Source: Octopus vulgaris (Eukaryota). From it: a DNA stretch of 64,000 nucleotides. The stretch covers positions 17,670,001 to 17,734,000 of the forward strand of contig OX597822.1 in the NCBI GenBank assembly GCA_951406725.2, given 5' to 3'. This document shows, in pieces, positions 27,185 to 40,477 of the stretch. The notes under the pieces were generated by a model that was not told where the DNA came from, ran no database searches, and saw nothing but the letters and a program-made list of their open reading frames with translations. The translations under genes were made by a program, and so were the position numbers. Numbering within the stretch: position 1 is the first letter of the stretch; each line of letters starts with the position of its first letter.

Positions 27185-27363
27185 GATGTACTTGCATAGT
27201 AAGTAACTTGTTCTGAGATCGTGTGCTGAAACAAAAACAATTGCAGCGTGGAAGGTGTTTATAAGCCATTTAAAACACACAAAAACTGTTAGATTCACTT
27301 CAACATTTAAATTCGTCAAAATATTTTTGTCACTTTGAAATCACGACCTGTTCACTGACAAAA
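27184..27363 (-). mobile_element. Single-arm copy of the hammerhead-bearing element at 45628-45964
   Basis: Colinear with 45630-45815. The minus strand has UUUGUCA-GUGAACA-G-GUCGU...GUGAC-AAAA (G12 mutated). Lies next to (TA)n. Confidence 0.8.
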
Positions 27364-29129
27364 CTTAGTGCTACATATGTGCATCTGTGTATGGGTAAAT
27401 TTGTGTGTGTGTATGTACATGTGCATGTATATGTGCTTGTGTATATGTGTATATGCGCATGTGTATACGTATATATATATATATGTTTGTATATATGTAT
27501 ATGTACTTTTTGTTTATATGTGAGGAAGTAAATATGTGAGCTAGCATGATCTTTCCCCTCCCAAACTTATGCAAAAAATTACATATCTATCAACATATGT
27601 TCCAAAACCAACCTTATATTTTTTTCTCTCTGCTATCATCCCCTTTTTATCAAAAGACATGTATCTTACACCTCATTAACACCCTCCCTCACCCCGGACA
27701 CACACCTAACTTCATCTTTAACACAGAAAATTACTGAAGCTTCTCTCTATAAAATTTAGTTGATTCAGCCATAAGAGAATTTGAAAAACATCTGACCATT
27801 ATATTTTTTACTAAAGGTCAACTATTCAAATGAAACCAACAGGAGGACAATTTCACAAGCCCTTCATAAAACACTCCTTAAACACCTCACCATCTTTAAA
27901 CTCCACCCTCAATCAATTATCTTGTTTTTATCATTCACTCTATTCTTGCAGCTCTTGTTCATCAACACTCCTTAACTCCTGCACTTATTAACAAACCCCA
28001 ACCTCACCATGGACACACCCAAATCTCTTATTTATAGAATCACTCAGCACAATACAACCTGAGACCAGTTTGACAATCGCCACCAACGAATGCCAGAAAG
28101 TTCTTCAGAAAGGTTATCAAGGAAGTTTTAAAAAATCCCACCTTCCAATGTTAACATAGAACTTACTGGATCTAAAAGCCAAACTGTAAAATTATATTAT
28201 TAGAAAATTAAATTGATTAGAACCACCAGTGAAGTCATTTTTTTCCTTTTTCAAACTTACACACACACACACACACCAACACACACACACACACACACAC
28301 ACACACATTATCTATCTTAATATAGGGTGGTTGTTTACTACTCATACAGAGTCTGACCACCTCTTGTACTTACACCTTAAATCTATCATGGCATCTGATG
28401 TGGTTTTTTATAAACCAGACATTGTTTTGAAAAGACACCTACAGGAACTGCATATCTACTTTGGACCACCAAGAGCTACAGATAGGTTCTGAGCTTTGTG
28501 TATCTCAAAATATCCTTTGAGGCGTCCATTAGATTTACAGACCATAAGGCATACACAGCATTGACAGGTCAGCACAGAAAGATAGGCAGAGTAATTGGTG
28601 GAGGTTTGTGTTCCATGGGTCTGCAAATGAGATTTGAGCCCAGCAAGTTACCTGTGTAGGTACATATGCACATACATAAAATAGACACCAACTCACATTT
28701 ATGTATGCATGTTCTTTCTTCTAAAATAGCAATCATGTTCTTCTCGTAGAGAATATTAGATAAAATGCTTCCAATATATGTAAGGCATGGATCCAATAGC
28801 AAAAAGGAAAAAAATAAATAAACTACGAAATTCTGTCATTTCCCATAATGGTTGCATTGATATAATTTCTCATTTCAAACTGTGATGCTGGAAGAATGAT
28901 GAGAAATGATAAAACATCATGTAGGAATGGTAAATAAAAGAGTGACTTTGTCTAATATTTAAAGATAGGAAATAGCAGAAATGATATACTTCTAATTCCC
29001 AAATATCTCATTTGTTGGACCATCCCCAGCATCTGAAGTAATCTTCCTTGCATCATGGGTTGTTTCTATGCCATTCTGGTGCGTGTGTGTGTGTGTGCGT
29101 GTGTGTTTGTGCGTGTGTGTGTTTGTGCA

Positions 29130-29160
<31 letters not shown>

Positions 29161-29280
29161 GCGTGCATGTGTGTGTGTGTGTGTGCAAGGTTAATGGCTA
29201 TTAAACCAGATTAAAGAATTTCTGAATGTTTGTTCAATACAAGACAGTTGGGTCATAAGCATCTTTTCTCTTTCTATCTT

Positions 29281-29595
29281 CTAGTTGTTTCAGTCATCAG
29301 ACTGTGGCCATGCGACGGCACTGCCTTAAAAAATTTTTAGCAATAGAATCAACAGTTCCGTGGAAAAGACCAAAAGAATAAGCTATAGGGATGTAAACAC
29401 ACCAACACCAGTTGTCAAGAGAGGGTTTTGGGGCACACACACACGCATATGAATGACAGGCTTCTTTTAGTTTCCCTCTACCAAATCCACTCATAATGCT
29501 TTGGTCGGTACACTTGTCCAAGGTGCCATGCGGTGGAACTGAACCCAGACCATATGGTTGGGAAACAAACTGCTTACCACACAGCCATGTTTGCA
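29281..29595 (-). mobile_element. tRNA/CORE-like SINE, internally deleted
   Basis: Homologous to 58707-59107. Confidence 0.8.
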
Positions 29596-29759
29596 TCTAT
29601 CATTTTTCACGTGTTTCAATCATTTGGTTGTAGCAGTGATATTTGGGTCGTGCCATGTCCATCTGTTTAAGACATTTTCTTTCCAGCCACGTTCTTAAAA
29701 ACAAGGCATGGTAACTTGCAAAAATGTCTTCTGGCCATCACAAACTTGGTGAGTAGATT

Positions 29760-30045
29760 TCATCATCATCATCGTTGTTTAACATCTGTTTTCCATGCTG
29801 GCATGGGTTGGATTGTTTGACTGAGGTCTGGAGAGCCAGGCTCCAATCTGCTCTGGCAGTGCCCTTCCTAATACCAACCACTCCAAGAGTGTAGTGGGTG
29901 CTTTTTATGTGCCATGGGCACAGGAGCTTGTCAGGTGGTCCTGGCATCGAACACATTTGGATAGTACTTTTTACATGCCACCGGCATGGGCGTCAGTCAG
30001 GGTATACTGACATCAACCACGTTCAAATGGTGCTTTTTACGTTCC
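29760..30045 (-). mobile_element. RTE 3'UTR fragment
   Basis: (CAT)n tail, stem-loop and UTR repeats. Confidence 0.85.
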
Positions 30046-30368
30046 ACAGTTGTCAAAAAACTGAAAGAAGCCCATTGTGTGTGTCTCTCTCTCTTTGTCT
30101 TGTGATAGTTGTAAATGAGAATCATTATCATGTAAATTGTTAATTGTTTCTAGTTTTTTGTGTAAACATGTCCAGCCAGGGGAAAATATTACCTTACTTG
30201 GAAATAGGTGAGGGTTAGCAACAGGAAAGCCAGCCAACTGTCAAAAATCTGCCATGAGGAATCCCATCTCAGTATTGCAATGATGGATAAATAAGATGTT
30301 ATTCTATCATTAATCTACTCGTGAGAGGGTTTAAAGATTGCAATTTATCTAAAGGATTTTAATAATTT

Positions 30369-30731
30369 CAGGCATGGCTATGTGGTTAAAAAGTTCACTT
30401 TGTAATCACATGGCTTTGAGTTCAGTCCCTCTGCACAGCACCTTGGGCAAGTGTCTTCTACTACAGCTTTGAGCTGACCAATACCATGTGAATGAATTTG
30501 GAAGTGGAAATTGTGCAAGTCCATTGTGTGTGGTCCCTGTGAGCTGTATCACCACTTGAAAACCATTGATGTTTTAGTTATGTTCCAGTAACTTAGCTGT
30601 TCAGCAAATGAGTCTGATAGAGTAAATACCAAACATAAGAATAAGTCCTGGGGATTGATACTTTTGACTACAAAAGCCCCTTCAAGGTGTTGCTGCAGTA
30701 TGGCTACTGTCCAATAACTGAAACAGATAGA
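30369..30731 (+). mobile_element. Degenerate tRNA/CORE-like SINE
   Basis: ggcatggctatgtggtt...gagttcagtccc...caccttgggcaagtgtcttct...actgaaacag. Confidence 0.75.
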
Positions 30732-31630
30732 ATTTCAGTGTTATGATTTATTTATTTATAGGTCATTTGAAAAGATTCACACATTTTAAGAAGGTAAAAA
30801 GAAAACCCCAAAGTTCTACATCACCCATTCAAAATACAAAGTAAAATGCTGTGATCCATTTCATCTATGCTTTATGTTCGTTTCCTCAACTCTTGTGAAC
30901 CATGTGGATGAGCAACATATCTTCCTTTTAAATTATCGTTGTACTTGGCAGGTTTGGCAATTAATAAACAGTGTGATGGAACATCTCTTTACTGATAGGA
31001 TAATTTTGTTCTAAATGGCACACAGTTTTATCAAAACATCCAGTCAATTATTCAGCTGACTGATTTAGCCTTCATGTTGAGATTAAATACAACTGAGGAA
31101 TTTCAACCAATTATTTTTTGTTTTTCTGATCCTATTTGTATTTTTATTTTCATTCTCATTGAAAAGGGATGATTTTGTTGCAAATTGAAACATTTTTATA
31201 GGACTAAATATTAGTATTTATACAATGGCATTGCCTTTCCTAATGCCAAACACTCAAACATGAATTTGATGTAGAAAATATTCTAGAATGAAGTAGGTGG
31301 CAGATTTTAGTGAGTTAATGAAATTTTTTTTTTCCTGCCTGTGTGGATGGAATAGTTTGTTATGAAGTAATTGCTTTTCCAGTTTAATAACCAACCAGCT
31401 AATAAATATTCAAAGAGAGACTAGAGAACCTCTTTGCAGCCAGATAGATTCAAGCCACTGAAGGTCCCAGTTACTTTTGTCAGTGACTTATCGCATTGAC
31501 TCTACGGATGTTTAGCACCAGAATCTTACTCCCTAATTTTATTTTATATTAGTTTATTTGTTCTCTCTCTCCCATATATATTCTGAGTATCCCAACAGAT
31601 CATAATGTAATCCTTTTATTGTCCTTTGTA

Positions 31631-31734
31631 CACTCTGATGATTTTCCATCCAAGGTATTTTAAAATGCAAAATTTCATATTTATATATGTTATGTAGCTT
31701 TAATTTTATTTGTGAAATGAAACAATTGTAGGTG
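31631..31734 (+). ncRNA. Degenerate type I hammerhead motif in a PLE-like 3' remnant (~31400-31790)
   Basis: Stem I CACU/GGUG; CUGAUGA at 31635-31641; long, imperfect stem II; GAAA at 31719-31722; palindromic stem III CAAUUG; GUA triplet. Confidence 0.55.
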
Positions 31735-32510
31735 AATCTCCTAATATAATAATGAGTATAGTGTTTTTATATATTTGTGTGTATATAAGAATTTCATTAG
31801 AAGTTAGCTAAAGGTTGACAGCTAGTGTTGGTATGTTACCATCTCTTCACTTAGTGGTTTGACTAAAGCAACTGATAGAACAAGTACCAGGCTTTAAGAA
31901 AAAAGTACCAGGGTTGGTTCGCTTGGCCACACTTTCCCCCTTCTCGGTCACAGTCTAATGACTTAAGCAAATAAAGGGTAAAAGGCATGTATTTTATGCC
32001 TCTTCTTCCTTAATTCGAAATTCACTCTTCTCATCTTGTCAAATATCATGAAGTAATGATTATCTCCCTTGCATTAACTCTCCACTCGGGGACTGCATGC
32101 ATTCGTTTATAGATTTTAGACAGAGACTGCCTTGGTGGAGCTTTTGAAAGGCTTAACAATCGGTCAGGGTTGAAGTAAATAATTTTAGTCCCAAAGAGAA
32201 AGTCTAGTCTTTGGTTTGTAGTTATGCCGTAGATGCATGGTCATTGAGAAGTGTGTCTGTGTGCGGGTCTATATGATGTTTGGCATGTTAAATTGATAAA
32301 ATGCCAACAAAAGCAAAAAACGGTAAAATAAAAAAAAAAAAACACTAACAGAATTGTATTAAAAATATTAATCAGTAATGGCAAAAAAATCCCCATCTAA
32401 AACGTAATTACATAAATTTTATTAACTTATCTGTCATTTTATGACATCCAACATCCGACATCCATCCGCCCAACTGGCAGGTACTACCTTTGTCTCACTT
32501 GTCTAACACA

Positions 32511-32524
32511 GTTGCTATAGCAAC
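32511..32524. promoter_or_regulatory. RFX X-box-like palindrome
   Basis: GTTGCTATAGCAAC is a perfect 14-bp palindrome fitting the X-box consensus, in apparently unique sequence. Confidence 0.4.
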
Positions 32525-33786
32525 ACATGATCTATGAGCCTTTTCCAGTGTATATTTCCAGGTTACTGCTATTTATATTTTTACTACCAGACAAATCGCC
32601 AATACAAAAAATAAGCAACACAAAATATTTAAATGAGAACAAATTTATTGCTTGTTTCCTTTTGGCAACAGCCACAGAAGGTTGTTATGTTATTTTTTAA
32701 AGCCTTTTCTTTTTTTTTTTTTTTTGCCTTTTAATAGTTCACCTTGAAATAGAGAGAAGGTCCTTTTAAGGAAGATGCTGACCACTTGCTTAATATTACC
32801 TTAGCATGTTTATGTGGTGAAGAAGCTCACTTTGCAACCACATGGTTTTGGGTTCAATCCCACTTCGTGGTAGCTTGAGTGAGTATTTTATACTGTAGCC
32901 CTTGACCAACCAATGTCTTTTGAAGAAATCTAACATCTTGGAAAAAGGGTTGGGAAGAACCTGCAACTGATCGGACATGATAGAAGGGAGAACTGTGAAA
33001 CAGCTTGAAGAAATCACAGAAAGTTGAAAACAGGTGCTAGAAAGGGTGTGGACATTTTCTGGAAATGTATGTGACCAGAGTGAGCAGACATGCAATGAAT
33101 ATGAGAAATTCTGTAGATAAAACAAATATTTTATAAGGGACAATACTGACTCAACCATTATTTACATTTTGAATTAAAAAGTAAAACATTTGTCAAAATA
33201 CTTGTTTCTAAATCCAAGCCTGCTTTTGTATTCAGTTGTGTGAGTAAATCTTCACTTTTAATTGATGACTTGCTCACTGTATGCTAGGAATTCTCTGGTG
33301 ACATCATCCACATGCAAATGAGTTATGTCAAACATCTGCTGCTTCCTTCAGCATCGATTTTGGTAAACTCCTACAGTTGACACTCAACAATCTAATTACT
33401 TTCTTCAGTACCTAAACATTCATTAGTAACATGTAGGTCTAATTTGAAAAATTCATACTCCCACCTTGTGAATAACATGTGGATAAAACTGTCAAATTAA
33501 CTCCAGATATTGGGACTTGCCATCTCTTGTAATATTCTGTAGCACAATGACTAGAAATTCCATTTCAAGCTCAGAAATGTTTGCCATCTAAAATTACAGC
33601 AAACTGAAGGGCTTTTAGTCTAGCATACCCTTTACAAATACAGGATGGTCTGGATGCCAAACTCTAAGCAATTCTAGATTGTATCCAAAATAAAGTCAAA
33701 GAATTGGTAAGAAATCATCTCTTTCCTTACACCCACAATAATGACAAGCCTGACAGTAGTATTCTTGCTCATTTCTTCTTCTTCTT

Positions 33787-33818
<32 letters not shown>

Positions 33819-34499
33819 GTGTTTGTTCCTTTGAATACACACGCACATATATCCCTTATTCCTAAACACACCTCTCAACACACATGCACATGCCTCACCT
33901 CTCAGCATCACTGTTGTGTCTTACCACACTGATATAATACTAAGTTTATACAGAGGCCCCTTTCACTGCTACTACAACATGGCTGTAGGTACAGAAATAT
34001 GAAGTTTATTTTGAAACTGTGTGATTTTTGGTTGAATCCCATGGCACAGAACCTTAGGTAAAAACTTCCATCTAGCATCTGGTGGACTAAAGTTTCATAA
34101 ATTAGATTTTAGAAGCAAAGTGCATGGAACTTTGTTGAATTTATTGTTGGAATGTAAATTTAATTCTGTAGCCAAGTTTAAAACCATGAACTGCTCTTTG
34201 GATGTCTTAAGCAGAACCACTCTGATGCTACAATTTGGACCGTGTCTTTGATCTGAGAATGATCCCCTTCCTTTATCCTACCAATGTGGGTATTTATATA
34301 TCATCTGTAATTTTAGGGTTGTCCCTTCATAGAATCATTACCAAACCATTTAGAATGAAGAGCACAAGTATGTGGTCGAAGTGTCAGTAATACTTTATCA
34401 AAAGCATCAAGTCCAGCAAAATATATATTTTCTTCCATCTTGAGTGTTTCCAGCACTGATGCTTTTAATATGCTGGCATGAGAATCAACCCCCCTGTAT

Positions 34500-34710
34500 T
34501 AGTATCATGTAAACGGCACCAAGGTAAAAAGCACCCCTGTGTCAGTGCCACATGAAATACCCATTACACTGTGAAGTGGACGGCATTAGGAAGAGCATCC
34601 ATCCATGGAAACCATGCCAAAGCAGATGATTGGTGCAGCCATCTAGCTTACCAGCTCCTATCAAGCCATCAAACCCATGTCAGCATGGAGAATGGATGTT
34701 AAATGATCAT
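34500..34710 (+). mobile_element. RTE 3'UTR fragment (plus orientation)
   Basis: ...ggcattaggaagagcatcca...cccatgtcagcatggagaatggatgttaaatgat. Confidence 0.75.
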
Positions 34711-34722
34711 TGAGGCTGACAT

Positions 34723-34772
<50 letters not shown>

Positions 34773-35323
34773 GTCATCTATATTATGTCCTTTTTTTCCC
34801 CAAGGCTGATATGGCTTAGACTAAACTTTTTGGGGCAGATTTTCAATATTTGCATGCTCTTCCCGTCACTGAATCCAAGGCACACCTTTTTTATTTATCT
34901 GAAAACCACAAGATTTTGAATTGAAATTCTTAACTACAGTAGCATACTTTAAATTGCACACGCACACGCACGCACGCACACACACACACACACACTTTAT
35001 AGAATTTCTTGTGGAATAATGCAGCCATTAACATTTATCTTGATTGAATATTTTAGTCTGTGTAATTACATAATCCTCATTTGATATTCTGTCTCTCCCC
35101 AATGGTCATAGGTTGGTTGTGTGTGAAAACTGATATATTTTTCATAAATGAATATCAAATACTGCAGTCTTTGCTGTTGTAGACATTTTCTATAGTTTGT
35201 CCAAAAGTGGAGTAAATAATTGAAATTAAGAGAACAACAACTGATTGTTTCTAGAACTGCACAAGATTTCTTCAGAAGAGTATTTGCTGTTGATTCTTTA
35301 TTTTCCACTGTTCATGAGGAGAC

Positions 35324-35630
35324 CTATTGAGTCAAGTACGTCAACACTAACATCAAAATGAAAATCAAATGGAAATTATAGTTAACATAGCCGTGCCAGT
35401 GACACGTTAAAAGCAACATCCGAACATGGCAGTTGCCAGCACCGCCTGACTGGCTTCCATATCGGTGACACGTAAAAAGCACCAACCAATTGTGGCCATT
35501 TGCCCCTGTGGATTGTGGCCCCTGTGGATTGTGGCCCCTGTGGAGCCTGGTGCAGCAGCCCTCAGTCAAAATCATCCAACCCATGCTAGCATAGAAGACG
35601 GACGTTAAACGATGATGATGATGATGATGA
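35324..35630 (+). mobile_element. RTE 3'UTR fragment (plus orientation)
   Basis: UTR repeats cgtgccagtgacacgttaaaagca, then cccatgctagcatag and (GAT)n. Confidence 0.85.
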
Positions 35631-36691
35631 TTGGACGCCACACAACATCATTTGTATGTGATACTCATTTGTAACCATCACATGATGTCAAGGCAAGAAC
35701 ACATACACACATGCATACATGCCAAGCTTTTATTAGTTTCCAACTACTAAATCCACCCACAAAGCATTGGTCATCCTTGGCCTATAATAGATATTTGCCC
35801 TAGGTACCTTGTAGTGAGACTGAACCCAAAATGGGTGCTTGAGAAACAAACTTGTTAATTCCCACAACCATTCCTGCATCTAAAACAAGTTAAAAAAGGT
35901 AAAAGGTTCTAATCTAAAATTTTTGTGAATCTTCGTATTCAAATCTAAAGAATTTAAAATTAGACATTTTGTATCCTGGAATCAGAAGTCATGTCGGTTT
36001 GCTTTTGAGTTGCTTAAACTTTGTTCTTACCACTTCTTCTCATCCATGTGAAGATTGCATTACTTCTTTTATTTTGAGACTGGTTTTTGTCATGGGACTG
36101 TGGCCATGCTGGATCACTGCCTTCATAGATTTCGATTTGGTACTTTATCAATTCCTGTTTGCTGAATGGTTATCTTTTGTTGTAAAAGGATGTAAGTTAA
36201 CACCCATTGTTGTTGTTGTTTAACCCCAGATCAACTTTGACTGAAGAAACCTATCATGGCAAACCAACAGTGAAGGCCATCTCAGTGGCATAGGGTCAAG
36301 AGGTTCCTTTACTTTTGTTGAGGACATGATAACCCCTTCATGCTGGTGCTATGACAAACTATACACAATGTGCTTTGGCTGGTGATAGGATAAGCATCCA
36401 TCTACAAGAAGTAATCTAAAACTAAAACAAACAAGCAAGTGGGTATACCCTGCTATAATTATCTGGTGTTTTTAAGGGATTACATTGTTTAAAATGTCCT
36501 TCCTTATTCAAGACCTTGGTATCTCAGGGATATCTAACTGTTATTTCTAGTGATCTCACAGAGGCGCCCTCATTACTTTGAGGTTGTCACAATTTTCTAT
36601 TCAAGTGTCAGAAACCATGTTCTATAAGCCAGCAGCTCTGTTCAGTCAACAGACTAAAGTCACGCCAAATATCAGTGTACATATTTGTGTA

Positions 36692-36722
<31 letters not shown>

Positions 36723-37606
36723 AGGAGAGAGTGAGAGAGCAGGATAATGTACTGAAGAAAGCACATTACGAATAAATTAAATTTGAATATTGATTTTTGT
36801 ACATCTGTTAAATAAGTGACATTATATAGGAAAGGTAATAAACTAAAAAAATTAAAAATTAAAAAAATCCAACACATTGTAATATTCAAAACTGAAATTT
36901 ATTGTTTATCAATAAATGTTTAACCCTGGAATTTACATATATTTAACATTTATTCGGTCTTTTCTGTTACTCAGTTACCAGCAGAAGAAGGGAATAACAA
37001 AAGCTGCTCTTCTTGAATAATCATGGCTATTGGTAGATTAGGATGAAAATAATGTACTTTGGAGTTTTCAACTAGAAAGAAACATCTTTGAAAATAATGG
37101 CTTTTCTATGCATGTATCTGTGTGAGTGAGTGTATGTGCATATATATCATCACTACCACCATCCTCATCACACACACATATATGGATGTTCCTGTCTGTG
37201 AATGCATGCACATTCATTAAGTCATATTCCATAACTCCATTCTTTCCTCATCAGTGAATATAATTTCTTCAAGGTAAAACACCAAACTGGATGTTGTTTT
37301 TTAGCTATTTGTATCAAGTCTGTGACCCTAGTGGTTATGATGTTGGGCTCATCCATGATTGTGAGTTCGATTCCTTGACCAGAAGACTCACTATATCCTT
37401 GAACAAGACTTTTCAGTTTACCTTCATCCAATCTGTTTAGCTGAAATGAGTTTCAGCCAAAAGTGCTGATGCAGCCCTCCTCTCTTTTCCCTCCAGTTGT
37501 CATGTCTTGGATATTTCATTGCCAACAGGGTGTCTATGTATACTCACAAATACCTTGGTACCAAAAGCAATTTTAAAAAATCAGGGTACATACTTTAATG
37601 TCTTAC

Positions 37607-37856
37607 TTTTGAATGGCAACTGTATTTTTAGCTGATCTTACTGTCAGATTAGTTGTGGAGGAAGTTTTCCATGGATTTGTTTCAAACAGAATAACACAAC
37701 CTAGCAGACATGCTGCAATTGGAACCAATAACATTTTGACTGTAAATAGTTTCTTTAATCCAGAGCAGCCAGCTCTCTGCTTTGTGGGTTTTGCTCTTCC
37801 TTTCTTCACACCAGGCTCAGTGACCTCGGAAATGGTCATTGGCACTGCCTTGTCTC
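37607..37856 (-). CDS. Probable exon of a host gene encoding a type II membrane-anchor segment
   Basis: Acceptor ttaattctattgtcag| and donor CAAAA|gtaaga bound 250 nt of non-repetitive open frame: (G)DKAVPMTISEVTEPGVKKGRAKPTKQRAGCSGLKKLFTVKMLLVPIAACLLGCVILFETNPWKTSSTTNLTVRSAKNTVAIQ. This is a basic N-region, one hydrophobic helix and an S/T-rich stem. The frame closes immediately after the donor. Confidence 0.75.
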
Positions 37857-38421
37857 CTGACAATAGAATTAAATAAGCATACACCCACACACACATACAC
37901 ACACACTCTCTCTCTCTCTCTCTCTCTTTCTGGCCTTAGATTTATGGTTAACATATCAGAAAATAATAACAGAATTCCTTCTTTGACATGAGAGTATGAT
38001 AATTTCATCTGAAGTGTTCCAGGCAACTTTCAAGATGTTCCATCTGGAAATAAATAAAAAATTTTCCAGATTCCTTAGAATTGAGCTGGCATCAAGATAC
38101 AAAGCACACTCGGAGTGTTTTGGGGTCATCTTTTGTTTTGGTTTCTATGCAGATCCCTTTTCTATGGCCTAACTACAACCACTTTCTTGTGAGTCAGAAT
38201 CGATAGAACCTTAATGAAGGTGCAGAGTATGGATGTGTCTATAAACGTGTGTGTATGCGAGCATGTGTGTAGATATGTCTGTGCATAACTTTTTTTCTCT
38301 TTTTTCTTGTGTCTTCACATGAAACCAGCTGAGCAGAAAATGGAAATATAATGCCTATGTTCCTGATAACGATGCAACCTGCCAATCTGCGTTTTTGAAG
38401 TCTCATGGAATGAAAGTTCTC

Positions 38422-38649
38422 TTAACCGTTCAGCATTCAGATTACTCTGTCAAATGTAATTCTTATTTATTCTCATTGTTTGGGATTTATCCTGCATTGT
38501 TTTGTAACCTTGTGATTTCGATAATGTGATTATTTATATTCAAAATGACATTGTAGGGTAGGTGTGAGATGTCAGATCTGGACAGTTTGAACTTGAAGCA
38601 AGTAAAATATTTTAGCTGCATATGACTAGTTTATATGCTAAATGGTTAA
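38422..38649 (+). mobile_element. piggyBac-type (TTAA) MITE
   Basis: TTAA at both ends; TIRs ttaaccgttcagcat / atgctaaatggttaa. Confidence 0.8.
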
Positions 38650-38736
38650 GCAGGGTAAGATTTGCAACAGAAAGAGCATTCAAGCACAACATCTTGCCTT
38701 AAATATGTCTCCACTTAGCATAGAGAGCAAGGAAGT

Positions 38737-38890
38737 CATCATCATCATCGTTTAACATCCACTTTCCATGCTAGCATGGGTTGGACAATTTGACTGAGGA
38801 CTGGCGAACCAGATGGTTGCACCAGGCTCCAATCTTGATCTGGCAGAGTTTCTACAGCTGGATGCCCTTCCTAACGCCAACCACTCTGAA
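38737..38890 (-). mobile_element. RTE 3' tail fragment
   Basis: Matches 19851-20005. Confidence 0.88.
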
Positions 38891-39766
38891 CAAATATTTC
38901 TATTTGTGTGTGTTGGTGTGTGTGTGTTTGTTGGTGTGTGTGTGTGTGTGTGTGTGTTATTACAATTGGAAAGATTTTCATTCATTTAACTTCCATTTTT
39001 CCATGCTGGCATAGGTTTGGACTGAGAATTTTTTGAGGAAGGATTGTTTAGCCAGATGTTCTTTATGTACTCCAAACTTTAACTGTTTCACAAATATCGA
39101 TTTTTATTTTGTTCCACAAGTTTTCAAGAGTACAAACAACTGGTTAAAATGTCAGCATCAGCACCACTTTCTTCCATTGATGACAAGCGTGGAATATAAA
39201 TATTGGCAGAAACAATGACTGTGTGCTTAAGAAGCTTGCAATGCAGCCATATGGTTTCTGGTTCAGTCCCACTGTGCAGTGCCTTGGGCAAATGTCTTTT
39301 ACTCTACCTCCAAGTCAACAGATGCCTTGTGAATAAATTTGGTAGAAGGAAACTTTGTGAAATTCAATCATGTGTGTGTGTCTTACCACCACTTGACAGC
39401 TGGTATTGGTTAGTCTACATCTTTGTGGCTTAACGATTTGGAAAAAAGAGAAGGATGGATTAAATATTTTTTGATTCCTTCACAAGACTTTGGTCAGAGC
39501 AGAGCTATGATAGAAGACACTTGCCCAAGGTGCCTTGCACAACAACTGAACACAAAACCTTGTGCTTGTGAAGTAAACTCCTGACCCTCAACCACACACC
39601 TGTGTCTGTTCAGTACAAACTTACATTCAATCAAATAACAAGAGAAGAAAAACTGGAGTTTTCACAATTGTTTGCTTCAACTTTCACATTGTTGCTTGTC
39701 TCCAATGAATGGCTACACAAAACAGAAAACAAACCGCTTTGCTTTTCGCCCTTTCGAGATTGATAA

Positions 39767-40045
39767 TCATCATCATCATCGTTTAACGTCTGTTTTCCAT
39801 GCTAGCATGGGTTGGACGGTTCGACCGGGGTCTGGGAAGCCAGAAGGCTGCACCAGGCTCCAGTCTGATCTGGCAGTGTTTCTACAGCTGGATGTCCTTC
39901 CTAATGCCAACCACTCCGTGAGTGTAGTGGGTGCTTTTTATGTGCTACCGGCACAGGTGCTAGGGGAGGCTGGCAGCAGCCATGATCGGTTGGTGCTTTT
40001 TACGTGCCACCAGCACAGAAGCCAGTCAAGGCTGTGCTGGCATCA
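39767..40045 (-). mobile_element. RTE 3'UTR fragment
   Basis: Tail, stem-loop and UTR repeats; very similar to 46210-46517, suggesting the same subfamily. Confidence 0.88.
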
Positions 40046-40477
40046 TATATGGAGATATTATTTCTGATTGAATCAGTCTTTTGCTACTCTGTGTTTCATA
40101 TGTAGCTGCGTAGGACCTTCAGGCAGGTTATGACTCTTGCCTGAAGATCCTCTCCATCGACATGGGAATCTGTAAGCAAGTGATCCATTTGACTAAAGCC
40201 AAATGTTATTAATGTCTGCCATTCTATTGAGTACTTTTTTATCCTTGACAGTCTACACTAAAAGGGTACACACACACACACACACACTCACACACACACC
40301 ACACACACACAAACATTCACGTGGGTGCATGTGTGTTTATCATTGCCCCTTATACTCTTGATGTAAATATGTTTCAGTGTAAAGTGAAACATGTGTAAAT
40401 AATAAAGGAATTAGTAACAATTTAATGACCAAGCAAGCAGTTAGTTCTATACCTGTACAAATATAGATTTGACTCAC

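Larger units (their letters stand above)
26253..28200 (+). mobile_element. Rearranged Penelope-like element remnant with nested inverted repeats
   Basis: Outer IR 26253-26409 / 27917-28075 and inner IR 26837-26952 / 27035-27151. Hammerhead motif at 26648-26734. RNLFIQINKPPNN* at ~26412-26453 resembles a GIY-YIG C-terminus. 27540-28200 resembles a decayed PLE N-terminal ORF. The protein similarities are weak and judged by eye. Confidence 0.6.
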
